The notes beneath the pieces were generated by a model that saw nothing but the letters and a program-made list of their open reading frames with translations, had not been told where the DNA came from and ran no database searches. A program made the translations under genes and the position numbers. A DNA stretch of 64,000 nt from Pseudomonadota bacterium (lineage in GTDB: Bacteria > Pseudomonadota > Alphaproteobacteria > Rhizobiales > JAKSCL01). Positions 18,663 to 26,897 of the stretch are shown here, in pieces; position 1 is the first letter of the stretch, and each line of letters opens with the position of its first letter. The stretch covers positions 23,168 to 87,167 of the forward strand of contig JBCCMK010000002.1 in assembly GCA_039026395.1 (NCBI GenBank), in the 5' to 3' direction.

Positions 18663-19286
18663 GTGATGCGATTGTGGACATTTTCCGCTCTTGGCGGGTG
18701 CGCGCTTATCTTAGTGATGCTCGCGTTTCTCCAGCGAGGCGGAGCAGAAGTTACGAGCTGCGATACGCCGGGCAATTTCCACGAAAGCCTTTGCCTTTCT
18801 CTCTCCGTCGACCAAGACGGAAAATTTGAAGTCGGTCGGCCTCTGACCGTCACTGTGACCGCTCATAACATCAGCGATCAAGCGATCGGTCCGAACCGGC
18901 TGCTACTCTTCCCCTATGGCAGTCGCGTGGACTTTGATCGCTCCGTGGATAATCGCAACGTTCTACCCAGAAGGCCGTTTCGAGACGGTGGGGAAGAAAT
19001 CTATCCGCTTCAAATCCCAAGCCTGGCCGCGAACGAGGCGGCAACGGTCGTTCTTGAGGGAACAATCATTGGCGCTGGGCGCGCGCTCTTCGGCATTCAG
19101 ACCGCTAAGCCCGATAGCAATGGCAATCTTGCCTATCTGTTGCATGAATTCGGGACGATAACCGGGCGTCCCGTTCGCACAGGCGATCCAACCGAACAGT
19201 TTTTGGCCGTTCGGCAGAGTTGCGTGAAACGCCACGGCGAGGACGATCGCGCAGCCCTTCGAGAGTGCATGGCGAAGCGCCTGTAG
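18663..19286 (+). CDS. Hypothetical secreted protein (possible beta-sandwich fold)
   Basis: 207 aa with a signal-like N-terminus (LWTFSALGGCALILVMLAFL). No family recognised. GAGG RBS; GTG 18663 or ATG 18666 as the start. Confidence 0.55.
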   Translation: MMRLWTFSALGGCALILVMLAFLQRGGAEVTSCDTPGNFHESLCLSLSVDQDGKFEVGRPLTVTVTAHNISDQAIGPNRLLLFPYGSRVDFDRSVDNRNVLPRRPFRDGGEEIYPLQIPSLAANEAATVVLEGTIIGAGRALFGIQTAKPDSNGNLAYLLHEFGTITGRPVRTGDPTEQFLAVRQSCVKRHGEDDRAALRECMAKRL

Positions 19287-19405
19287 TCGTCCTCAAAAGC
19301 TGCAACTTCTACGCGTTTCATTGCTGTTCCTGCCCGCGCTGATTTGACAGTTTTGCGGCGTTGTATTCGCCTGAGACGTATTCTAGCCTCCTTGGATAAA
19401 GAGAA

Positions 19406-19430
19406 TTTGATTTGCGATCGCAAAATCAAA
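19406..19430. promoter_or_regulatory. 25-bp near-perfect inverted repeat just upstream of the sorA-like RBS (candidate operator or leader hairpin)
   Basis: TTTGATTTGCGA/TCGCAAA(A)TCAAA. The core TTTGCGATCGCAAA (19411-19424) is a perfect 14-bp palindrome. Confidence 0.6.
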
Positions 19431-19450
19431 GTAACGAGGGAGGATAGAAG

Positions 19451-20746
19451 ATGGACACGCACGACAAGCGGAACCGATCAGAGAACGCGATTTCAGCTGC
19501 CGATCTAGAAATCTCGAACGGGGAAGGCATTCAGCGTGGAACAAGCGCTGATCGGCGCGGCTTCCTGCGGGGTGCGGGTCTCGCCACGGTCACGGCAATG
19601 GTTGGCATGAACGTCCCCTTCGGTGGCAACCTCCCGCAGGGCTTCGTGCCTGCCGCGATGGCGTCCGATGACCTCCTCTCCGGCAAGGATGGTTTGACAC
19701 TTCTTAACGATCGTCCGCTCAACGCCGAAACACCGGCCCATCTCCTCGACGACGCAATCACGCCGACCGCGCGCCACTTCATCCGCAATAATGGCAATCC
19801 GCCAGAGGACGTTGATCCAGCGACCTGGGAACTGACCATCGATGGCATGGTCGACAATCCGATGACGCTCACGATCGCGGATATGAAGGAGCAATTTGAA
19901 GTGGTCACCATGGCGCTTCTCATTGAGTGCGGTGGCAATGGGCGTTCGTTCTTCGATCCGCCAGCGCGCGGGAACCAATGGACGGTCGGCGCGGTCGCTT
20001 GCTCTGAGTGGACCGGCGTTCGGCTGAAGGATGTGCTTGAGAAAGCAGGCGTTCAAGACGGTGTTGTTTATACCGCTCACGTCGGTGCAGATGAGCATTT
20101 GTCGGGTGATCCCGACAAACTCCCGATCTCGCGCGGGCTGCCGATCGATAAGGCGCTGACGGACAATATCCTCATCGCCTGGGGCATGAACGGAACGGAC
20201 ATACACCCCATGAACGGCGCGCCGCTTCGGTTGGTCGTGCCGGGATGGCCGGGTTCATGCTCGCAGAAATGGCTGACACGCATCTATCTCCGCGACATTG
20301 TCCATGACGGTCCGAAAATGACCGGCACATCCTATCGCGTGCCCAACCGTCCAGTTGAACCCGGCGAAGACGTGGACAAGGCCGATTTCGACATCATTGA
20401 ACGGATGCCGGTGAAGTCTTTGATCACGAGCCCAGCGAATGCTGCAAGCGCTGGCAATACGGTGGAAGTTCGCGGCCATGCTTGGTCCGGTGACCGCACA
20501 ATCGATGCCGTCGATATCTCCATCGATTTCGGCGCAACGTGGCAGCGGGCAACGCTGGATGCGCCGGCAAACTCTGGCGCATGGCAGAATTGGCGCGCCA
20601 ACGTCACCTTCCCACAGGCCGGTTATTACGAAGTTTGGTCGCGTGCGACGGACAGCGAGGGCGTCATGCAACCCTTTGCGATCGACTGGAACCCGAAGGG
20701 CTATTTGAACAATACCATGCACCGCATCGCAGTGCGGGTCGCGTAA
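19451..20746 (+). CDS. Periplasmic molybdopterin sulfite oxidase/dehydrogenase, SorA-like (Tat-exported)
   Basis: Tat motif DRRGFLRGAGLATV and the Moco-Cys motif ECGGNGRS. Oxidoreductase molybdopterin-binding plus Mo-co dimerisation architecture; strong GGGAGGA RBS. Confidence 0.85.
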   Translation: MDTHDKRNRSENAISAADLEISNGEGIQRGTSADRRGFLRGAGLATVTAMVGMNVPFGGNLPQGFVPAAMASDDLLSGKDGLTLLNDRPLNAETPAHLLDDAITPTARHFIRNNGNPPEDVDPATWELTIDGMVDNPMTLTIADMKEQFEVVTMALLIECGGNGRSFFDPPARGNQWTVGAVACSEWTGVRLKDVLEKAGVQDGVVYTAHVGADEHLSGDPDKLPISRGLPIDKALTDNILIAWGMNGTDIHPMNGAPLRLVVPGWPGSCSQKWLTRIYLRDIVHDGPKMTGTSYRVPNRPVEPGEDVDKADFDIIERMPVKSLITSPANAASAGNTVEVRGHAWSGDRTIDAVDISIDFGATWQRATLDAPANSGAWQNWRANVTFPQAGYYEVWSRATDSEGVMQPFAIDWNPKGYLNNTMHRIAVRVA

Positions 20747-20757
20747 GAGCAACGGAC

Positions 20758-20775
20758 GCGGCGCTCAGGCGCCGC
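20758..20775 (+). other. GC-rich intercistronic stem-loop between the sorA-like and cytochrome c genes
   Basis: GCGGCGC-TCAG-GCGCCGC, followed by the 10-nt palindrome CCCGCGCGGG (20782-20791). Confidence 0.5.
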
Positions 20776-20804
20776 TTCCGCCCCGCGCGGGAGACACTAT
20801 CATC

Positions 20805-21167
20805 ATGAAACGGATCATCTCAGGCGTACTGGCGCTCGGTATGCTCGCTTTCCCCGCACTCGTATCGGACCGCTCTATCGCTACAGGAGTTAGCAGCGCG
20901 ACCGAAGAAGAAGAGTATGAGTTTGGCGTCCTCAAGGATGCAGAGGGCGTGCTCATCACCTATTACACGTGCGCGGGTTGTCATTCAGAACGCATCGTCG
21001 CGCAGCAGGGGCTAACCCGGGACGAATGGGACGAACTCCTCGATTGGATGATCGACGAACAGGGGATGGGCGAGCCCGCCACGGAAGATCGCGTTGTGAT
21101 CCTCGATTATCTCTCAACTCACTACAATGTCGATCGCCCGAACTTTCCAGGTGGCGTGCCGAATTAG
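20805..21167 (+). CDS. Monoheme c-type cytochrome, probable electron acceptor of the SorA-like enzyme (SorB-like)
   Basis: 120 aa with a signal peptide and a single CAGCH heme-binding motif. It sits immediately downstream of the molybdoenzyme. Confidence 0.75.
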   Translation: MKRIISGVLALGMLAFPALVSDRSIATGVSSATEEEEYEFGVLKDAEGVLITYYTCAGCHSERIVAQQGLTRDEWDELLDWMIDEQGMGEPATEDRVVILDYLSTHYNVDRPNFPGGVPN

Positions 21168-21202
21168 AGCCAGGACCCTTACGAACATGGGCGAGAGTTG
21201 AA

Positions 21203-22066
21203 CTAGCCGAAGATCGATTTGAACGTCCCAATCGACGCCCGAAACCCGGCTTCGAAATCGCCATTGCCTGGATGGTAGACGCTCTCAAACGAGATCACAC
21301 CATCATAGCCATCAGCCCGTAAGGCGTCGGCGATCGGCTGGAACTGGTCCGCCAATTGGCCCTGACCCATCTCCCGGACTTCAAGCGTTGCGCGCGGCGT
21401 GTCGACGTAGACATCCTTGATGTGCACGTGACCGAGATAGCCGCCGCGCACCTCGTCATAGCCGTCAGGGAAGGCCCGCTCGTGACACCAGCAATTGTTG
21501 GCTGGATCCCATAGAACCTTGAGCGTGTCCTTTGCGTTCAATTCGTCAATGAGCGTGCGCGCGGTGTAATTTGAGTTCACCATCGTTCCGTTGCCGGTCT
21601 CGACGACAAGTGTCACGCCCTCGCGTTTTGCAAGCTCAACCGCTGGTGCGATCAGCGGCGCCGTGGTATCCCAGGCGCCCTTCGCGACGTTCCACTTCTC
21701 TGCGCCATTATGGCCCCAGAGGATCTGCTCTTTTTTCTGGGTCATGATCCGCACCAGCGGCGAACCGACAATGTGCGCCATCTCAATGACCCGTTTGAGC
21801 GCGTCCATGTGCTTGGCGTGGAGGTCGTCACCTGGCCGGTTCGCAACCGTCATCCCGGCAAAGACGTGGCGCGACACGCACGAGACTGGCTTTCCCCGGT
21901 CCCTTAGGAGAGCGTCAATCTCCTTGATCTCGCTAGCGGAGTGGTCGCCGACTTCTTTCTCACCGACAAATTGCAATTCGGCGTACTCCAAGCCGAACTC
22001 GTCCATGACATCGACCGCGTGTTTAAGATCGCGGCTAATGCCATCACAGATAACACCGAGCTTCAT
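21203..22066 (-). CDS. Sugar phosphate isomerase/epimerase (xylose isomerase-like TIM barrel)
   Basis: 287 aa with AP_endonuc_2-type motifs (…VVETGNG…, …HVHIKD…). Confidence 0.85.
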   Translation of the reverse strand: MKLGVICDGISRDLKHAVDVMDEFGLEYAELQFVGEKEVGDHSASEIKEIDALLRDRGKPVSCVSRHVFAGMTVANRPGDDLHAKHMDALKRVIEMAHIVGSPLVRIMTQKKEQILWGHNGAEKWNVAKGAWDTTAPLIAPAVELAKREGVTLVVETGNGTMVNSNYTARTLIDELNAKDTLKVLWDPANNCWCHERAFPDGYDEVRGGYLGHVHIKDVYVDTPRATLEVREMGQGQLADQFQPIADALRADGYDGVISFESVYHPGNGDFEAGFRASIGTFKSIFG

Positions 22067-22968
22067 AGCTTTTTCGCCGCCTCCCGGTGAAGTTCCGCGC
22101 CGACGATGTCTTCAATCACGCGCGTGCAGACCCAATTGTCGCCGTTCGGATATTTGGTGCGGCCGGCATGAAAGATCTGCATCGCCGAGGCAGCGGTGTG
22201 GAGCGGGACGCCCATTTCTTCGCCCAGGCTCATGGAGATCGTCAGGTCCTTATGCATCGTATTGATGTGGCTGCCGGTGCCTTCGAACTGCCGGTCGATA
22301 ATCTTTTGAAGGGCGTTGTTGACGATCCCGCATCCAGCAGACGACGTTGAAAAAACGTCGAGAATGACTTGTCCGGGAACGCCTGCCTTTGCCGCGAGCG
22401 CTGCGGCCTCAAAGGTCGCGGCGAACTGCGCGCCGATGAGGGATTGAAGGCAAGCCTTCACGGTCTGGCCATCGCCCGGTTCTGTGCCGACGCGGTGAAT
22501 GTTGGCTGAGACCGCCTCCATAACGGGTGCCCATTGGTCGAGCACGGCATCGGGTGCGGCGGCCATCATCGTGAGTGTCCCGCCCTGTGCGCCCGGAAAG
22601 CCGCCTGAGACCGGGCTATCGATCATATCGACGCCCGTACCCTCAAAAAGCGGGCCGATCTCGCGCGCTTCCTTCGGTTTGATGGTAGCGGTCAGAATGA
22701 TGACGCCGCCAGGTTTCATCACCTTGAGGAGGCCCTCTTCACCGCCAATCACGGCTTTCGCCTGATCGCCATTCATCACCATGACGAAGACTGCATCCGC
22801 CGCTTCGCCGACCTCCGAAACGCTCAGCGCAGGTGTCCCGCCCATATTGTCGAACGCCGCCATCCGGTCAGCGGAAAGGTCAAACCCCGTCGTTTCAAAT
22901 CCTGCCTTGATGAGGTTGAGCGCAAGCCCCGACCCCATATCGCCGAGCCCAATGACACCAGCACGCAT
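22063..22968 (-). CDS. NAD(P)-dependent beta-hydroxyacid dehydrogenase (3-hydroxyisobutyrate dehydrogenase family)
   Basis: MRAGVIGLGDMGSGLALNL Rossmann motif. ATG 22968 is preceded by GGAGGA. The stop overlaps the downstream start (4 nt). Confidence 0.85.
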   Translation of the reverse strand: MRAGVIGLGDMGSGLALNLIKAGFETTGFDLSADRMAAFDNMGGTPALSVSEVGEAADAVFVMVMNGDQAKAVIGGEEGLLKVMKPGGVIILTATIKPKEAREIGPLFEGTGVDMIDSPVSGGFPGAQGGTLTMMAAAPDAVLDQWAPVMEAVSANIHRVGTEPGDGQTVKACLQSLIGAQFAATFEAAALAAKAGVPGQVILDVFSTSSAGCGIVNNALQKIIDRQFEGTGSHINTMHKDLTISMSLGEEMGVPLHTAASAMQIFHAGRTKYPNGDNWVCTRVIEDIVGAELHREAAKKL

Positions 22969-23133
22969 GATGGTTCCTCCCAAAATCCCAAAAAGTTCGC
23001 CTACGGTCGAAAGCCGCCGGTTCTGATATGCGGGATTTCAAACGCATGAGGGCAGTGCCCCATGCGCCGGGCGGGTCCGGAAGACACCCGCTGCCCGTGG
23101 CGTTTGTTTACGCCACTCGCTTTGCGGTGTCTT

Positions 23134-23145
23134 TCGAATATTCGA
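23134..23145. repeat. Perfect 12-bp palindrome TCGAATATTCGA upstream of the dehydrogenase/isomerase pair
   Basis: Read directly. It lies between the terminator at 23154-23189 and the gene start at 22968. Confidence 0.5.
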
Positions 23146-23153
23146 CCGAGCTC

Positions 23154-23189
23154 AAAAAAGACGGGCGGATGTCGAAGCGTTATCCCGTC
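23154..23189 (-). terminator. Probable rho-independent terminator of the thioredoxin-like gene
   Basis: GACGGG…CCCGTC stem (23160-23165 / 23184-23189, 18-nt loop, overlapping the stop codon), followed on the minus strand by U6 (A6 at 23154-23159). Confidence 0.5.
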
Positions 23190-23710
23190 GATGCGTCGAC
23201 TAAGAGGTCCTGGAAGACGAACTGGAGTTCCTCGGCTGTCCTTTGCCCTTGGAGGATCTCGACGAGTTCGCCGCTGCCATCAAACAGAAGGAGGGTGACG
23301 TGCGGGACGCGATAACGCGCCGCAAATGCCTGGCCTTCCTCACCCTTGATGTTGGCAATCACATAGTCGATCTGGCCGCGATCAAACGTCTTGAGCGCCT
23401 TCTTGGTCGCCCGCTGGAGCGAACGGCAAAGCGGACAATTCGGATCATGAACCTGTACGACCGTCGGCGTGCCATTCGTCACGCGCGTCAGATCATGTTC
23501 CGCAATCGCGCTTGTCACCGAATGGCCGACAAATGCGCCGACGCCGCCGACTGCCGCAACACCCAGAGCAATGTTCCTCGCTTTGGCTAGTACGTTGCGC
23601 CGTGTGACGTCGGGCGACATTTCTACCGGAGTGGCGTCATTCGATGTCGATTCAGCCTTCCGTTTCGCCTTTGACGATGGTTGCCGCTTCTTATTGCTTG
23701 TCTTTTTCAT
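23180..23710 (-). CDS. Membrane-anchored thioredoxin-fold protein (CPLC active site)
   Basis: 176 aa with a Lys-rich cytoplasmic tail and one TM helix. The Trx fold carries VHDPNCPLCRSL. Confidence 0.75.
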   Translation of the reverse strand: MKKTSNKKRQPSSKAKRKAESTSNDATPVEMSPDVTRRNVLAKARNIALGVAAVGGVGAFVGHSVTSAIAEHDLTRVTNGTPTVVQVHDPNCPLCRSLQRATKKALKTFDRGQIDYVIANIKGEEGQAFAARYRVPHVTLLLFDGSGELVEILQGQRTAEELQFVFQDLLVDASTG

Positions 23711-23731
23711 TTTTCTCTCCCTCGTGGCCGT

Positions 23732-24409
23732 CTAGACGACCAGGATCGACGCGCCGGTTTTCGCCCGGTCGTAGAGGTCGATCACGTCTTGGTTGATCAG
23801 GCGAACACAGCCACTCGAAACGGCTTTTCCGATCGACCATGGTTGGTTGGTGCCGTGGAGCCGATAAAGCGTGTCGCGATTGCCCTCAAAGATATAGAGG
23901 GCGCGGGCGCCAAGCGGGTTTTCAAGGCCCGGCGGCATACCGCCATTCCTCACGCTCCACTGCTCGAGTTCCGGTTCGCGGGCGATCATGGAATCGGGCG
24001 GTGTCCATTTCGGCCATGGTCGCTTCCAGGCAATGCGCGCGCGACCCGCCCAGGAAAAGCCCGCACGACCAAGGCCGACGCCGTAGCGCATGGCGGTCCC
24101 GCTCGGCTCAACCAGGTAAAGGTAGAAGGTCTTGGTGTCGACCACGACGGATCCAACCGGCTCGCGCGTTTCATACGGTACGCGACGCCTTCTGAACTCT
24201 GGAGCGAGCACTGAAGGTTTGAGCCCGGGGAGGGGGAATTCTTCCTGCGGCCTTGGCCCATAATTCAGCGCAAACTGTTGCGCGTCCTCGGGCGAGAGGC
24301 CGCCCGGTGCAAGGGCTGTGGACGTGGTGTGGGCGCAGCCAGCGAGCGCGAGGCCTGCGAAACTGGCACCACCGGCGGCAAAACGCCGACGTGAAATCAT
24401 AACGCTCAT
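23732..24409 (-). CDS. L,D-transpeptidase (YkuD domain), Tat/lipoprotein signal
   Basis: SRRRFAAGGASFAGLALAGC signal and the catalytic motif LHGTNQPWSIGKAVSSGCVRL. Confidence 0.9.
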   Translation of the reverse strand: MSVMISRRRFAAGGASFAGLALAGCAHTTSTALAPGGLSPEDAQQFALNYGPRPQEEFPLPGLKPSVLAPEFRRRRVPYETREPVGSVVVDTKTFYLYLVEPSGTAMRYGVGLGRAGFSWAGRARIAWKRPWPKWTPPDSMIAREPELEQWSVRNGGMPPGLENPLGARALYIFEGNRDTLYRLHGTNQPWSIGKAVSSGCVRLINQDVIDLYDRAKTGASILVV

Positions 24410-24554
24410 AACTCTGTCTTTTCGATTCGCGGCTGCGATCCGTCTCAGCCTTCGATTTGGAGACGCGCGCAGACCAAAACTGTCTCAAGCATGGGAGAGC
24501 ACATGCCGCACAGACGACACGCGCACCGGCGTTTGTCGCCGGGCTTCAAATCGA

Positions 24555-24887
24555 TCAGACGATGGGTGGGGGAGGGTCGAGACCGGCTGGCTCAGGGACA
24601 ATATCGAGCGTCTTCAGGGCCGAAATCTGTTCGGTCCGTTCGCTCAGTCCGGCAGCATTAATCGCGGCAAGGCCGACGCAATCGCCTTTACAGGCCGTTC
24701 GTTCAGTATCGACGGCCTTTAATTTCACGCATTTTGCAGCATCGCTTGAGATGTCGATTTTTTCAACCGCGTCGACGATTTCAACCGCTGCCTCAGGTAC
24801 AGGCGTGGGTGCGCCAAAACCGGCAGCGAAAACGCCCTGCAGTGGAGATAAAACCAGAACGGCAATAAGTGCGATCACGCGAAACAT
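24555..24887 (-). CDS. Small secreted hypothetical protein (3 Cys)
   Basis: 110 aa from ATG 24887: MFRVIALIAVLVLSPLQGVFA signal peptide. No family recognised. Confidence 0.5.
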   Translation of the reverse strand: MFRVIALIAVLVLSPLQGVFAAGFGAPTPVPEAAVEIVDAVEKIDISSDAAKCVKLKAVDTERTACKGDCVGLAAINAAGLSERTEQISALKTLDIVPEPAGLDPPPPIV

Positions 24888-25059
24888 GAGATTAGACGTA
24901 ACCACACACCTTAAAGGAACCAATACCGGCGTGTTCACGGCTGCGTGAAGCCGGGAAAACCACCGTCACCTTTGTCCCGCGCGATTTCCCTAACCAATTG
25001 TTATCCAGCGCGGCACTACCGTTCGAAACCGGGCCGAGAGCGCTCGAACATCTGAAATC

Positions 25060-25704
25060 ATGGAATATGTTGTGAAGACCGACCCGTCGCAGTCCGGAAT
25101 GAATGAGGGCGCTCTCCATTACATCGCGCGCATTTTAGACCCGACGACGCGCGGGACTGATGCCCCCATGTCGATGGATGAACTGGTGAAGGCGATGGAA
25201 GGGCGTGCCTTTGGCCTTGTCTTTCTTGCGCTCGCGCTCCCGTGTTGCCTGCCTTTTGTTTACATTCTCCCGCAGATCGTCGCTTTTCCGATGCTCTTTC
25301 TCTGCGGACAAATGGCACTCGGTCGTCAACAACCCTGGTTACCCGATCGGCTCGCGACGCGGACTTTCGATCCGACAGCACTTTCAAATGTTGTCAATCG
25401 CGCGAGCCGATGGTTCGGGTGGGTTGAGATCGTTGCTCACGCGCGGTTCAGATCGCTTTCGAGCGGCATCGGTCAGCGTATCGTCGGCGCACTTCTCGCA
25501 ATCCCCTGCGCGTCCATTCTTCTTCCACTCCCATTGACGAACACAGTTCCCGGTTTCGGCGTCGTCGTCGCTGCGTTCGGCCTTGTGGAACGTGATGGCC
25601 TTTTGATTGTTGCAGGGATCGCCATCGGCATTATGTGGGTGGCAGCACTCGTGATCGGCGGTGGTGCAGCAATTTCGCTGCTGACAGGATGGCTCGGGGG
25701 ATAG
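25060..25704 (+). CDS. Exopolysaccharide synthesis protein ExoD family
   Basis: 214 aa; …AFGLVFLALALPCCLPFVYILPQIVAFPMLFL…GRQQPWLPDRL… is typical of ExoD. Confidence 0.8.
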   Translation: MEYVVKTDPSQSGMNEGALHYIARILDPTTRGTDAPMSMDELVKAMEGRAFGLVFLALALPCCLPFVYILPQIVAFPMLFLCGQMALGRQQPWLPDRLATRTFDPTALSNVVNRASRWFGWVEIVAHARFRSLSSGIGQRIVGALLAIPCASILLPLPLTNTVPGFGVVVAAFGLVERDGLLIVAGIAIGIMWVAALVIGGGAAISLLTGWLGG

Positions 25705-25710
25705 GCTGAG

Positions 25711-26250
25711 ATGTCAACGACCTGGGAAAAGGTGAGAACAACAAAGCCGCGGGGGCTCGCCCTTATCGCGTCCGGTCTTGCTCTTTTTGCGATCGTCGCG
25801 GCATGGGCATTTGAGCTCATCGGTGGCTTTAAACCCTGCGCGCTCTGCCTCACGCAGCGCATTCCGTACTATGTGGGTATACCCATTTTAGGAGCGGCGT
25901 TGGTTGCAGCCAGTTTTGCAAGTCGTCGGGCTGTGTTTGCTGCTCTTGCGGCGATCGCATCAGCGGTTTTTGTGATTGGCGCTGGCTATGGCGTCTATCA
26001 TTCTGGCGTCGAGTGGAGTTTCTGGCCGGGCCCATCAGCCTGCGGGGCAGCAGCTGAACAGCCAGCATCGATCAATGACCTCCTCACCCAACTCGAAACG
26101 GTTGAAATTATCCGCTGTGATGAAGTGCAAGGTCGCTTTTTGGGCTTGAGCTTTGCGAACTACAATGTGCTGACATCGCTCGCGATTGCCCTTCTTTCGC
26201 TTTGGGCCGCTGCGAAGGCCTATTACGGTTCGAGTTCGGTATCCCAGTAG
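25711..26250 (+). CDS. dsbB: Disulfide bond formation protein B
   Basis: 179 aa, 4 TM helices, CALCLTQRIPYY in loop 1 and a second Cys pair in loop 2. Confidence 0.85.
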   Translation: MSTTWEKVRTTKPRGLALIASGLALFAIVAAWAFELIGGFKPCALCLTQRIPYYVGIPILGAALVAASFASRRAVFAALAAIASAVFVIGAGYGVYHSGVEWSFWPGPSACGAAAEQPASINDLLTQLETVEIIRCDEVQGRFLGLSFANYNVLTSLAIALLSLWAAAKAYYGSSSVSQ

Positions 26251-26780
26251 AGGAAATCCATCCAACTCTCGTGGAGATAGTTGGGTGGAAACATTCGACC
26301 ATTATTGTGAAGATCGAACACGGTCGGCCTATAGGGCGTTTGATCCGGCACCATGCCCGCATGGCGTGGCATCTTTCCGCCTTTTCTGAGGTTGCAGGGC
26401 GCGCAGGCTGTTACAACGTTCTCCCACGTCGTTTGGCCGCCCCGTGATCGCGGGATCACGTGATCGAAGGTCAAATCATCCTGTGATCCGCAATACTGGC
26501 AGCTGAACCTGTCCCTCAAGAACACATTAAAGCGCGTAAATGCCGGATGGCGATTCGGTTTAACGTAGTTTTTGAGCGAAACGACGCTCGGTAACCGCAT
26601 CTCAAAGCTCGGACTGCGGACGTGGGTGTCGTAGTGCGAGACAATGTTCACGCGTTCCAGAAACACCGCCTTGATGGAATCCTGCCAGGACCAAAGAGAC
26701 AGCGGATAATAGGATAAAGGCTGGTAGTCAGCATTCAGAACGAGCGCGGGGCAAGCGTCCGGCGAAACGTGCGCGTTCAA
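26223..26780 (-). CDS. HNH endonuclease family protein
   Basis: CQYCGSQDDLTFDHVIPRSRGGQTTWENVVTACAPCNLRKG. The start is uncertain (TTG at 26780). The 3' end overlaps the dsbB 3' end by 28 nt. Confidence 0.85.
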   Translation of the reverse strand: MNAHVSPDACPALVLNADYQPLSYYPLSLWSWQDSIKAVFLERVNIVSHYDTHVRSPSFEMRLPSVVSLKNYVKPNRHPAFTRFNVFLRDRFSCQYCGSQDDLTFDHVIPRSRGGQTTWENVVTACAPCNLRKGGKMPRHAGMVPDQTPYRPTVFDLHNNGRMFPPNYLHESWMDFLYWDTELEP

Positions 26781-26897
26781 GATCGGCTCCGGAAAGGGTC
26801 GTCTCGGTATCCGTTCATGCCTCGACTATATAGCCAGTGTGTCAGGCGTGTGAAGCGCCTCTATGCCGCGTCGCCACGACTTCACGTTGATTGCACG

